From IMG/VR virus record IMGVR_UViG_3300042691_015660: DNA of 64,000 nucleotides. One strand, written 5' to 3'. The notes beneath the pieces are model-generated. The model did no database searches. It saw only the letters and a program-made list of their open reading frames with translations, and had not been told where the DNA came from. The position numbers were made by a program, and so were the translations under genes. Positions 19,625 to 29,087 of this stretch are shown one piece after another (within the stretch, counting starts at the first letter, position 1; each line of letters starts with the position of its first letter). This DNA is from a virus.

Positions 19625-22600
19625 ATGGCATTAAGTTCACCAGGCGTAGAAGTCAAAGTTATTGACGAATCTTTTTACACTCCAGCTGAACCTGGAACAA
19701 CACCATTAATTATTGTTGCTTCAGCGGAGAACAAATCTAACGCGGCAGGCACTGGAATCGCTCCAGGCACAACTAAAGCTAATGCCGGAAAAGTTTACTT
19801 ACTAACTAGCCAGAGAGATTTAGCAGATACTTTTGGAGATCCGATCTTCAAAACTGATGCTGGTAATAATCCTATCCATGCTGGCGAACAGAACGAATAT
19901 GGATTACAAGCAGCATATAGTTTGTTAGGAGTCAGTAATCGTGCTTTTGTAGTACGTGCCGATATTGATTTATCACAATTAGATGCTAATACAGATCCTC
20001 CAATCGCTTTACCTTCTAACGGCACACATTGGATGGATACCAGTACTACATTGTTTGGTATTTTTGAATGGAACGGTGCTCCAATTAGCACCACAGGCGG
20101 TCAAAAATTTGCCAATAAAGTTCCCTTAGTAATCACTGATTCAACTAAAGTTGATCTTTCTACAGAAGGTCCTTTGGGTAGTATTGGTGCTATTGGCGAC
20201 TATGCCGTTGTGATGACAGATGTAGATTCAGATACACCTGCTTTGACAACCAGTCATCCAGGCACATTATGGTATAAAAGTAAAGGGAACCCTAACTCAG
20301 GTGTTCCAGCAGGCACATGGGTCAATGTAGGCAGTGAAGATTGGCACAAATCTATCGCTGTGGTAGCAGGAACAGTATCTAATCCAGCATTCACAGCAGG
20401 CGACAATTTTTATATTAACGGTGTATTAATTACTGCCAGCGGAACTACTGTTAGCAGTTTAGCCACAGATATTAATAATGCGTTTGGAGTAGGGGCTGGT
20501 CCTATCTATGCTCAAGCATATAATAATAAATTAGAAATTTATACTAATGGCATGGCATCAAGTGGGGGCGACAGTACACAATCTAATGCTGTTATTATTG
20601 CTGCTGGTACTCAAGGAGTTTTAGTTGCTGCTAGTGTTGCATCAAGTTCCTTAGGTATCAAAACAGGCACATATTATGGTGCTAAAATGCAGATTAGTAA
20701 ACACACTGAAGTTCCTCAGTGGAAAAGTAATACTACAGGACCTCGTCCAACTGGATCTATCTGGGTTAAAACTACAGAGCCTAATTTAGGAGCACGATGG
20801 AGAGTTAAACGTTGGAATGCATCTACTGAAGCATGGGTAGCTGTAGAATCACCGATCTATTTAAATGGGCATGAAGCACTCTTTAATTTAGATAAAGCTG
20901 GAGGCGGTACAAATCTTTCAACTGGTGCGTTATACGTTCAAGCAAATTATACCGAAGATAGTGGCACTGATGCTACACCTATGTTAGGTAATTTTAAAAT
21001 TTTTAGAAGAGCAGCAGCCGGAGAATGTTCAATCGTAAGTGCAAAAATCACAGCTTCTACATTTACTAATGCTACTAGTTATACTTTTAGAATTGCTGAA
21101 AGTTTAGTAGGAACTAGTGTATTAGGCGACTACGATGAAGATGGCACATATAGCTTCAAGACAGTAAGCTTCCAAGGTGCTGGCGCAGCAGATGATAATG
21201 CTACACGAGTAGCAACTGCTGTTAATGCTGCTGGATTCAGAAATATTGTAGCAAGTGTTGATAGCCAAAATCGTTTAGTAATTTCTCATACAAGGGGCGG
21301 CGATTTCAGACTAACAGAAGGAACAAATACTCCGTTAGTTGACATGGGATTCACAGCTTATGATTTCGAACCTAGTAATAATACATTCGGTACAGGTACC
21401 GCTAATCTATCAGATGCTCCTGCTGGGGATCCGCTACATGATTTTGTAGCCAGTTTATGGCATCCTTTAGTTTATGTTTCTAACGGTGATGCTCCAGGCA
21501 GTTTGACAGATGACGGACGTTTGTGGTACAGTAGTGTAATTGACGAGATTGATATTATGATTCACGATGGCAGTGATTGGGTCGGTTATCGATCAGCTAC
21601 TGCTCCGTACTTTGCTAACGGCACCGATCCAAATGGTCCAATTGTAGGCGCCACTGTTCCTGAAACACAAAGTGATGGCACAGCATTAGTAACTGGAGAT
21701 TTATGGATCAGTACTGATGACATCGAAAACTTCCCTCAAATCTACAGATTTAATAATGAATTAACTGCTCCAATTACAAAACGTTGGGAATTGTTAGATA
21801 AAACAGACCAAAGTACAGAAGATGGTGTTTTATTCGCAGATGCTCGTTATAACACAGCTGGAGCGAATAGTGATGAAGCAGGCACTATTGTAGATTTATT
21901 ATCTAGTGACTATGTAGATCCAGACTGCCCAGACCCTGCTTTATACCCAAGAGGTATGTTGCTATGGAATCTACGTCGTAGTGGTTTCAATGTAAAACGT
22001 TTTGTTAGAAATTACGTCGACATCGCTGCTGATAATCCAAGATCTGGTGAAGCAATGGAAGCATACTATCCACATCGTTGGGTTACATCTAGCCCAAATC
22101 AAGGAGACGGATCTGGCAGCTTTGGTCGTAAAGCACAACGGTCTATTGTAGTTAAAGAACTACAAGCCACAGCTAATGCTAACCAAGATATTAGAGACGA
22201 TGAAAGTAGAATCTTTAATCTAATTGCTTGTCCAGGTTATCCAGAGTTAATTGGGGAAATGATTAGCTTAAATTATGATAGAGGCTTAACAGCACTAGTT
22301 ATTGGAGATAGTCCGGCTAGATTAACTCCTGATGCTACATCGTTACTAGCATGGGGTTCAAATCAAAGACTAGCTTTCGAAGATAACGACTTAGGAGCTG
22401 TGAGTTTTGACGAGTACATGGCAATGTTCTATCCATGGGGCTTCACTAGCGACAATTTTGGTAACAATGTAGTTGTTCCTCCAAGTCATATGATTTTACG
22501 CACGATTGCGTTAAATGATCAGGTTGCTTATCCTTGGTTTGCTCCAGCAGGTATTCGTAGGGGCGGTATTACTAATGCTACTGCGGTAGGCTATGTTGAT

Positions 22601-23071
22601 AGTCAAGAAGGCGAATTTAGATCAGTCGCTCTAAACGTAGGACAACGTGATACACTATACGAACAAAAAATTAATCCAATTACTTTCTTAACAGGAACAG
22701 GATTAGTTAATTATGGACAGAAAACTCGTGCTAAAGGCGCTAGTGCTCTTGATCGTATCAATGTAGCTCGTTTAGTAATCTATCTACGCAGTCAATTAAA
22801 CAAATTAGCTAAACCATATATCTTTGAACCTAATGATAAACTTACACGCGATGAAATTAAACTAGCAGCAGATAGTTTATTGTTAGAATTAGTAGGTCAA
22901 AGAGCGTTATATGATTTTGTAGTTGTCTGCGATGAAAGCAACAACACTCCAAGTAGAATTGATCGTAACGAGTTGTATCTTGACATCGCAATTGAGCCAG
23001 TTAAAGCAGTTGAATTTATCTATATTCCATTACGCTTAAAGAACACTGGCGAAATAGCAGCGTTAGGTTAA
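19625..23071 (+). CDS. gp18: Contractile tail sheath protein, T4 gp18-like, enlarged
   Basis: LSSPGVEVKVIDES N-terminus; PWFAPAG.RRG, LY...INPI, GQKT, RINVARL, FEPND, P.KAVEFIYI. Confidence 0.95.
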   Translation: MALSSPGVEVKVIDESFYTPAEPGTTPLIIVASAENKSNAAGTGIAPGTTKANAGKVYLLTSQRDLADTFGDPIFKTDAGNNPIHAGEQNEYGLQAAYSLLGVSNRAFVVRADIDLSQLDANTDPPIALPSNGTHWMDTSTTLFGIFEWNGAPISTTGGQKFANKVPLVITDSTKVDLSTEGPLGSIGAIGDYAVVMTDVDSDTPALTTSHPGTLWYKSKGNPNSGVPAGTWVNVGSEDWHKSIAVVAGTVSNPAFTAGDNFYINGVLITASGTTVSSLATDINNAFGVGAGPIYAQAYNNKLEIYTNGMASSGGDSTQSNAVIIAAGTQGVLVAASVASSSLGIKTGTYYGAKMQISKHTEVPQWKSNTTGPRPTGSIWVKTTEPNLGARWRVKRWNASTEAWVAVESPIYLNGHEALFNLDKAGGGTNLSTGALYVQANYTEDSGTDATPMLGNFKIFRRAAAGECSIVSAKITASTFTNATSYTFRIAESLVGTSVLGDYDEDGTYSFKTVSFQGAGAADDNATRVATAVNAAGFRNIVASVDSQNRLVISHTRGGDFRLTEGTNTPLVDMGFTAYDFEPSNNTFGTGTANLSDAPAGDPLHDFVASLWHPLVYVSNGDAPGSLTDDGRLWYSSVIDEIDIMIHDGSDWVGYRSATAPYFANGTDPNGPIVGATVPETQSDGTALVTGDLWISTDDIENFPQIYRFNNELTAPITKRWELLDKTDQSTEDGVLFADARYNTAGANSDEAGTIVDLLSSDYVDPDCPDPALYPRGMLLWNLRRSGFNVKRFVRNYVDIAADNPRSGEAMEAYYPHRWVTSSPNQGDGSGSFGRKAQRSIVVKELQATANANQDIRDDESRIFNLIACPGYPELIGEMISLNYDRGLTALVIGDSPARLTPDATSLLAWGSNQRLAFEDNDLGAVSFDEYMAMFYPWGFTSDNFGNNVVVPPSHMILRTIALNDQVAYPWFAPAGIRRGGITNATAVGYVDSQEGEFRSVALNVGQRDTLYEQKINPITFLTGTGLVNYGQKTRAKGASALDRINVARLVIYLRSQLNKLAKPYIFEPNDKLTRDEIKLAADSLLLELVGQRALYDFVVVCDESNNTPSRIDRNELYLDIAIEPVKAVEFIYIPLRLKNTGEIAALG

Positions 23072-23086
23072 TAAAGGAAAAATAAA

Positions 23087-23692
23087 ATGGCAATTACATC
23101 ATTAAACAGATTTACAGTGCCGCTATCCGGCGGAGAAACACAAGGCACATTGATGCCAAAACTAAAATATCGTTATAGAATATTTTTCGAAGGTTTTGGC
23201 GCCACTGGGTCTAACTCGGAATTAACCAAGCAGGTCCAAACTGCTTCTAGACCTAACGTTAGTTTTGCTCCGCAAACTATTGATGTTTACAACAGTAAAA
23301 TTAACTATGCGGGTAAACACACATGGGCTCCTATTGCGGTTACATTGCGTGATGACGTAACAGGTGAAGTTAGTAGACGTATTGGCGAACAGTTACAGAA
23401 ACAATTTGACTTCTTAGAGCAAAGTTCTGCTGCTAGTTCTAGTGATTACAAATTCACAATGAGCATTGAAATGTTAGATGGCGGTAACGGAACTGCTGTT
23501 AGACGTTTAGAGCGTTGGGAATGTTATGGATGCTTTATTGTAAGTGCTAACTATCAGTCACTAAGTTATTCTGAAGCAACACCACAAACAATCGACTTAA
23601 GTATTCAAGCTGACAACTGTATACTAGTACCAGCAGGAGACGGAAGTCCAATCTTTGCTGTAGCAGGACGAGCGTTAGGTACATTGGCTTAA
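23087..23692 (+). CDS. gp19: Tail tube protein, T4 gp19-like
   Basis: Directly after the sheath; PKLKYRYR, AGKHTW.PI.VTLRDD and W...GCF pattern. Confidence 0.8.
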   Translation: MAITSLNRFTVPLSGGETQGTLMPKLKYRYRIFFEGFGATGSNSELTKQVQTASRPNVSFAPQTIDVYNSKINYAGKHTWAPIAVTLRDDVTGEVSRRIGEQLQKQFDFLEQSSAASSSDYKFTMSIEMLDGGNGTAVRRLERWECYGCFIVSANYQSLSYSEATPQTIDLSIQADNCILVPAGDGSPIFAVAGRALGTLA

Positions 23693-23694
23693 TA

Positions 23695-23722
23695 AAAAAA
23701 GCAGCGGAAACGCTGCTTTTTT
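23695..23722. terminator. Rho-independent terminator, potentially bidirectional
   Basis: aaaaaaGCAGCG-gaaa-CGCTGCtttttt. Confidence 0.9.
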
Positions 23723-23770
23723 ATAGGTTTTTATTAACTACGCAGTTAATACTATTAGATAAATATTTTT

Positions 23771-24844
23771 ATGTCCTCAAAACACTTCGGTCAATTTATA
23801 AGCGGTTTAACCAATCCTAAAGGAATCATGGGGGATTTTCGCCACGCTGCGAGATTATTTACCGATGACAATTTAAGATTAGCTCCTAAACAAAAATTTC
23901 AATTTCATTGTGTGTTTAGTATAAACAACAATGCCTTAAAGACTATTAACTTATCTGAAAGACATAAAAATGAAATTAACATGTTGGTTAAGTCAGCAGA
24001 ATTACCTAAATTTAGTATAACAACTGACATAGCTAATCAATATAATAGAAAAAAAGTCATACAAACAAAATTAGAATATCAGCCTGTTTCTATTAAGTTT
24101 CATGATGATAACTTAGGAGTGGTAAGAACTCTGTGGGAAAACTACTATGCTTATTATTACGCTGACAGTATAAGTGCTAAATTTCCTGGGGCTTATAATA
24201 GAACAGCGATGCTGAATTATAGCCATATTAGAACTCCATTTGGTTTTGATAATAATAGTTCCTATCCATTTTTTAATAAAATAACCATTTATCAAATGGC
24301 AAAAAAATTCTGGAATAGCTATACCTTAGTTAATCCAGTTATCACTAATTGGAATCACGATAGTTTGGATTATAGTGGAGCTGCTCCTAGTGAGCAAGGT
24401 ATGACATTAGCATACGAAGCAGTATATTATGAAAACGGCCAAGTGAGACAAAACGATCCTCCAGGTTTTGGTTTAGAACACTACGATACAGTGCCAAGTC
24501 CATTAACATTAGCAGGTGGCGGCACACGATCACTATTTGGACAAGCTGGTGTACTAGCTGGCGCTGATGCTGTGTTTGGAAACGTATCAAGGATGTTAAC
24601 TAATCCTCAAGAACTAACTCTAGGAAATATTCTTAGCACTGCTGTTCTTGCTACAAATACATACAACAATGCTGGCAAATTAAGTAACAGGGGCGTATCA
24701 GCAGAAATTACTGGTATCGCTACTGGAGCATTAGGTCGAGTTGCCAATCAAGGAATTAGCGGAGTTAAGGGTACATCCTTTCCTATATCAGATCCAGGGG
24801 GAGGGTCTACTCCTGCTGCGTCACGTAACTTAACAGGAAGATAA
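23771..24844 (+). CDS. Tail-tube-fold baseplate protein (gp48/gp54-like)
   Basis: VKSAELPKF...Y.PVSIKFHDD tube-fold pattern; TAAATA-N5-ATG start. Confidence 0.55.
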   Translation: MSSKHFGQFISGLTNPKGIMGDFRHAARLFTDDNLRLAPKQKFQFHCVFSINNNALKTINLSERHKNEINMLVKSAELPKFSITTDIANQYNRKKVIQTKLEYQPVSIKFHDDNLGVVRTLWENYYAYYYADSISAKFPGAYNRTAMLNYSHIRTPFGFDNNSSYPFFNKITIYQMAKKFWNSYTLVNPVITNWNHDSLDYSGAAPSEQGMTLAYEAVYYENGQVRQNDPPGFGLEHYDTVPSPLTLAGGGTRSLFGQAGVLAGADAVFGNVSRMLTNPQELTLGNILSTAVLATNTYNNAGKLSNRGVSAEITGIATGALGRVANQGISGVKGTSFPISDPGGGSTPAASRNLTGR

Positions 24845-24845
24845 T

Positions 24846-25220
24846 ATGAACGTCAACGGAAATCTGCCTCCTTCTGAATCATCAGATAGCGCAGAAGAAG
24901 TAAGAAATTTTTTCGATAAATTTTTTACGCACGAAATGACATTCCCAGCAGCACAGATAGATGCTGTTGTTGGATTCTTTTTAAAAAGAGGCTTTCAAGA
25001 TCAATCAGCAAAAAGTACGGCTATTATAATTTTAACTCAATGTAGAATAGATAATATAAATCCTTTTGTAGTCGTTGATACTCTAAAAAAACTTGACGAA
25101 ACACAATTAGGGGAAGTTGTTACTCAGATAATGAATTTATACAGAGAAAAAACTTCAGCATTAGGCTATAAAACACAAATTATAGAAGAAACTTTCGAAA
25201 GCCGCAATATAGCACAATGA
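24846..25220 (+). CDS. Hypothetical protein
   Basis: 124-aa ORF packed in the structural operon. Confidence 0.6.
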   Translation: MNVNGNLPPSESSDSAEEVRNFFDKFFTHEMTFPAAQIDAVVGFFLKRGFQDQSAKSTAIIILTQCRIDNINPFVVVDTLKKLDETQLGEVVTQIMNLYREKTSALGYKTQIIEETFESRNIAQ

Positions 25221-25654
25221 GTAAGTTTGCTAACGGAAAATTTACATTAACTAATCCGGACAAGTATGTAGGAAATCGACAACCTACTTATCGCAGTAGT
25301 TGGGAATTTCACTTTATGAGATTCTGTGACAAAGACCCAAGAATTCTTAAGTGGGCTAGCGAAGCTGTTAAAATTCCTTATAAAGATCCGTTTACTGGCC
25401 GTAATACTGTATATGTTCCTGACTTTTTTATTCAATATGCAGATAAGAACGGAACAATGCAAGTAGATTTAATTGAAGTAAAACCGCAAAGTCAAACACT
25501 AATTGAGAGGGCAGGAAAAAATCGAAACAACCAATTACAATGGGCTAAAAATCAGGTCAAATGGAGAGCTGCCCAAAGTTGGTGTAGTAGACAAGGTATA
25601 AAATTTAGAGTACTAACTGAAAATGATTTATTTGTAAATGGTCGTCTAGGATAA
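25217..25654 (+). CDS. gp4: Head completion nuclease, T4 gp4-like (TnsA-like PD-(D/E)xK)
   Basis: NPDKYVG, YRSSWE, WASE, YVPDF, IEVKP, KW.AA..WC. Confidence 0.88.
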   Translation: MSKFANGKFTLTNPDKYVGNRQPTYRSSWEFHFMRFCDKDPRILKWASEAVKIPYKDPFTGRNTVYVPDFFIQYADKNGTMQVDLIEVKPQSQTLIERAGKNRNNQLQWAKNQVKWRAAQSWCSRQGIKFRVLTENDLFVNGRLG

Positions 25655-25662
25655 GTAAGAGT

Positions 25663-26136
25663 ATGAAAAAGTTAGAAGAAATACTAAACTTACCTGAAAG
25701 TAAAAAGATTATTAAAAAAGAAGAGAAAGAAAAAGCAGCAGAAGCGGCTCAGCCTTTACTTAGAGATATTGGTGAATTTGATAAAATAGCTGCTGCCCTG
25801 CCTCAGGTTAAAGGGCTAGGTGATATTAGCGATAAAGAATTCGATGAGTTAGCCCAACGTGCTACAGATGCGTTCGATGACTTAATGGATTTAGGTATGA
25901 ACGTAGAAGCAAGGTATTCAGGACGAGTATTTGAAGTGGCTAGCACTATGCTGAAAAATGCTATTGATGCAAAAGCAGCTAAAATAGACAAAAAATTAAA
26001 GATGGTCGAACTTCAGCTTAAAAAGCAGAAGATTGATCAAGACTCCAAAGTTGACAATGATACAGATATTACAGGTACAGGAGTTATTATATCCGATCGT
26101 AATAGTCTAATTGAAAAACTTAAGAGTATGAAATAA
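25663..26136 (+). CDS. Putative terminase small subunit (gp16-like)
   Basis: Helical R.FEVA..MLK motif resembles T4-like gp16; near the large terminase; TAAGTA-N5-ATG start. Confidence 0.5.
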   Translation: MKKLEEILNLPESKKIIKKEEKEKAAEAAQPLLRDIGEFDKIAAALPQVKGLGDISDKEFDELAQRATDAFDDLMDLGMNVEARYSGRVFEVASTMLKNAIDAKAAKIDKKLKMVELQLKKQKIDQDSKVDNDTDITGTGVIISDRNSLIEKLKSMK

Positions 26137-26157
26137 ATATAGTATCGGGATTTACAC

Positions 26158-26784
26158 ATGAAATCATATAAAGAATATCTAATAGAAAGTACAGAAGAGA
26201 AAAAATACTCTTTTAAAATTAAAATTGCGGGCAATTTACCCGAGCACTTTGAGGACGCTGCTAAAGCAGCTCTCCAAAAATATCAAGTATCCTCTTTCAA
26301 TAAAGGAAAGACTACTCCAATTCAAGCTAAATTGGTAGATTTTCCTACTCTAGAAAATATGGAAGTTACTGTATTTGAAATTGATTTAGATTATCCAACT
26401 ACTAGTCAAGTTCTTACATCGTATGTTTCAGAACATACTGGAGTAGATCCTTGCTGTATTCGTGTTAGAAGTCTAAAAGAAGAGGAAGAAGCTGAATTAA
26501 ACGCACAAAATTTAATTGATACTAACAAAGAATCATTATTAACTAAAGATTATGCTAAAGAAAATAATCAAAACTTAGTAGGCGATAAACATGTAGCAAG
26601 TTTTCTAAAAGAATTATCAAAAACAAGTAAAGAATATCAGCCTACACAATATAAAGGTGTTAACGAAAAGATCTTGGCTAAGTCATCACCAAAAGAAAAA
26701 ACATCAACAACTGATAAAGTTGGCCCTGCTAAAAGTGTCTTAAAAGGACTATCAGGTAACCCTAATCCAAGAAAAGGAAAATAA
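26158..26784 (+). CDS. Hypothetical, probable internal head protein
   Basis: N-terminus MKSYKEYLIE closely resembles the T4 capsid-targeting sequence MKTYQEFIAE; TAAATA at 26134. Confidence 0.6.
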   Translation: MKSYKEYLIESTEEKKYSFKIKIAGNLPEHFEDAAKAALQKYQVSSFNKGKTTPIQAKLVDFPTLENMEVTVFEIDLDYPTTSQVLTSYVSEHTGVDPCCIRVRSLKEEEEAELNAQNLIDTNKESLLTKDYAKENNQNLVGDKHVASFLKELSKTSKEYQPTQYKGVNEKILAKSSPKEKTSTTDKVGPAKSVLKGLSGNPNPRKGK

Positions 26785-26785
26785 A

Positions 26786-27421
26786 ATGGACTTTAAAGAA
26801 TTAATGGCTCGCATGGCCGAATTAGATCAACCAGTACAAGAATCAGACAAAGCTGCTAAAGACTATGATGGCGATGGAGAAGTCGAATCAGGAAAAGACG
26901 AGTACATGGGTTCCAAAGATAAGGCTATTAAACAAGCCATGGGTAAAAAAGACGAAAGTCTGGATCAGTTAGTAGACGAAGTCCAACAAGAGATGGATGA
27001 GTGCGGTATGAGTCCTATGAGCATGCCTAGTATGAACAAACAACAAGATAATGTCAGTATGAATATTAGCATGAATGGTTCAGGCAGCGGCGGCATTAGA
27101 GATTTAATGGATATTCTTCGTAATCTTGAAAAAGACGGGTTTGATGATAGCCATAACGACCATAACGACCATGATGACGGATTAGATTTGAAGATCGGTA
27201 GTCCGGCCTTGATGATGAAAAAAGAACCAGTGTTAGGTGATGAATACGCTAATAGTCCAGATGTACAGATGGGACAAGGCAACTTTCCACAAGATACAGG
27301 CAACGACTTACATCATCCTAAAGGATCTTATCCTGCTGTTGCTGGCGGCGATAATCCTATGGCTCTAGAAAATATTGTTTCTCGATTAGATAGACTATAT
27401 AAAGAAGTAAGAGAGAAGTAA
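26786..27421 (+). CDS. Acidic hypothetical protein, probable prohead-core or internal protein
   Basis: AGGA SD; D/E/M-rich; DYDGDGEVES (DxDGDG) motif. Confidence 0.6.
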   Translation: MDFKELMARMAELDQPVQESDKAAKDYDGDGEVESGKDEYMGSKDKAIKQAMGKKDESLDQLVDEVQQEMDECGMSPMSMPSMNKQQDNVSMNISMNGSGSGGIRDLMDILRNLEKDGFDDSHNDHNDHDDGLDLKIGSPALMMKKEPVLGDEYANSPDVQMGQGNFPQDTGNDLHHPKGSYPAVAGGDNPMALENIVSRLDRLYKEVREK

Positions 27422-27439
27422 TAGTGTAAACAGGCACTC

Positions 27440-27465
27440 AAACCGGGCGGTATGCCCGGTTTTTT
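27440..27465 (+). terminator. Rho-independent terminator
   Basis: aaaCCGGGC-ggtat-GCCCGG followed by a T run. Confidence 0.85.
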
Positions 27466-27480
27466 ATTGTAAATAATATT

Positions 27481-29079
27481 ATGGCAAGCAAAAGTTTAGA
27501 TGGTGTTTTAACTAAGAAAGCACATACAAAAGAAACATTTACTGAGTTACAAATTCAAGATTTGTTAGCATGTGCTAACGACAAAGACGGATACCACTAT
27601 TTTACAAGAAATTTCTTTTACATACAGCACCCAGTAAAAGGAAAAATGTTGTTTGTTCCTTTCGCCTATCAAGAAAAGCTTTTAGACGCATATCACGGAC
27701 ACAGATTTAACATAAACATGCTACCTAGACAAATGGGTAAAACTACCTGCGCTGCCGGATATTTGTTATGGTATGCTATGTTTCACCCTGATCAGACTAT
27801 ATTAATTTCAGCTCACAAGTATACAGGATCGCAGGAAATTATGCAGCGTGTGCGATACGCTTACGAACTATGCCCAGATCATGTTCGCTGTGGTGTTATT
27901 AACTATAATAAAGGTAGTATTGAATTCGATAATGGTAGTCGTATTATATCTACTACAACTACTGGCAATACAGGTCGTGGTATGTCTATATCATTATTAT
28001 ACTGCGACGAGTTTGCGTTTGTGCCTCCTAATATCGCTGACGAATTCTGGACTTCAATTTCTCCAACACTGGCAACTGGTGGTAAAGCAATCATTACCAG
28101 TACTCCTAACAGCGACGAAGATACATTTGCTACAATATGGAAAGAAGCAAACAAAAAATTTGATGAATTTGGAAACGAGCAAGACGTAGGTACTAATGGA
28201 TTTTTTCCTTTTACTTGTAAATGGGACGAGCATCCTGACAGAGATGATGCATGGGCTGTACAAGAACGAAGCAGAATTGGTGAGGAAAGATTCCGTAGAG
28301 AATATAATTGCGAATTCTTAATTTACGATGAAACACTAGTTAGCAGTATATGTCTGGCAGGGTTAGAGGGCAAAAGTCCTATAATGAATATGGGACAAAC
28401 TAGGTGGTATAAAAAACCTGACGGTGACCATATCTATGCCATTGCATTAGATCCAAGTTTAGGTACAGGAGGTAATAGTGCTGGTATTCAAGTTTTTGAA
28501 TTACCTAATTTTGTTCAGATAGCAGAATGGCAGCATAATTTAACACCTATACAAGGACAAGTGCGTGTTCTTAAAGAAATCTTAAAATATATTCAAGATG
28601 AAATAGGTGACGAAAATAGTAGGAATATTTATTGGAGCGTAGAAAACAATACTGTTGGCGAAGCGGCTCTTGTTTGTATTAGAGACATAGGGGAAGAAAA
28701 TTTTCCAGGACTATTTGTAAGCGAACCAATACGCAAAGGCCATGTGCGTAAGTTTCGTAAAGGCTTCAATACTACTCACAATAGTAAAATTTCTGCCAGT
28801 GCTAGGTTAAAATATCTAATAGAATCGGGTAAAATGACCATTAATAGTAAGCCCTTAATCTCCGAATTAAAAGCATTTATAGCTAAAGGGATCACATTTA
28901 AAGCAAAAGAAGGTGAGCAGGACGATCTAGTAAGTGCTTGCTTGCTTGTTGTAAGGATGAGTCAAGTGCTAGCAGATTGGGATTCTAGAGTTTTCGACAA
29001 TTTTAGCAGTAATGAAAGCTTATCTGATGAAGATTTTGAGCTACCAATGCCTATTTTCATTTCCTCTAGCATAGGATAA
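27481..29079 (+). CDS. gp17: Terminase large subunit, T4 gp17-like
   Basis: PRQMGKTT Walker A, LLYCDEFAF Walker B, ITSTPN, F.REY.CEF, nuclease DPS and DDLV. Confidence 0.96.
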   Translation: MASKSLDGVLTKKAHTKETFTELQIQDLLACANDKDGYHYFTRNFFYIQHPVKGKMLFVPFAYQEKLLDAYHGHRFNINMLPRQMGKTTCAAGYLLWYAMFHPDQTILISAHKYTGSQEIMQRVRYAYELCPDHVRCGVINYNKGSIEFDNGSRIISTTTTGNTGRGMSISLLYCDEFAFVPPNIADEFWTSISPTLATGGKAIITSTPNSDEDTFATIWKEANKKFDEFGNEQDVGTNGFFPFTCKWDEHPDRDDAWAVQERSRIGEERFRREYNCEFLIYDETLVSSICLAGLEGKSPIMNMGQTRWYKKPDGDHIYAIALDPSLGTGGNSAGIQVFELPNFVQIAEWQHNLTPIQGQVRVLKEILKYIQDEIGDENSRNIYWSVENNTVGEAALVCIRDIGEENFPGLFVSEPIRKGHVRKFRKGFNTTHNSKISASARLKYLIESGKMTINSKPLISELKAFIAKGITFKAKEGEQDDLVSACLLVVRMSQVLADWDSRVFDNFSSNESLSDEDFELPMPIFISSSIG

Positions 29080-29087
29080 ATATTACT

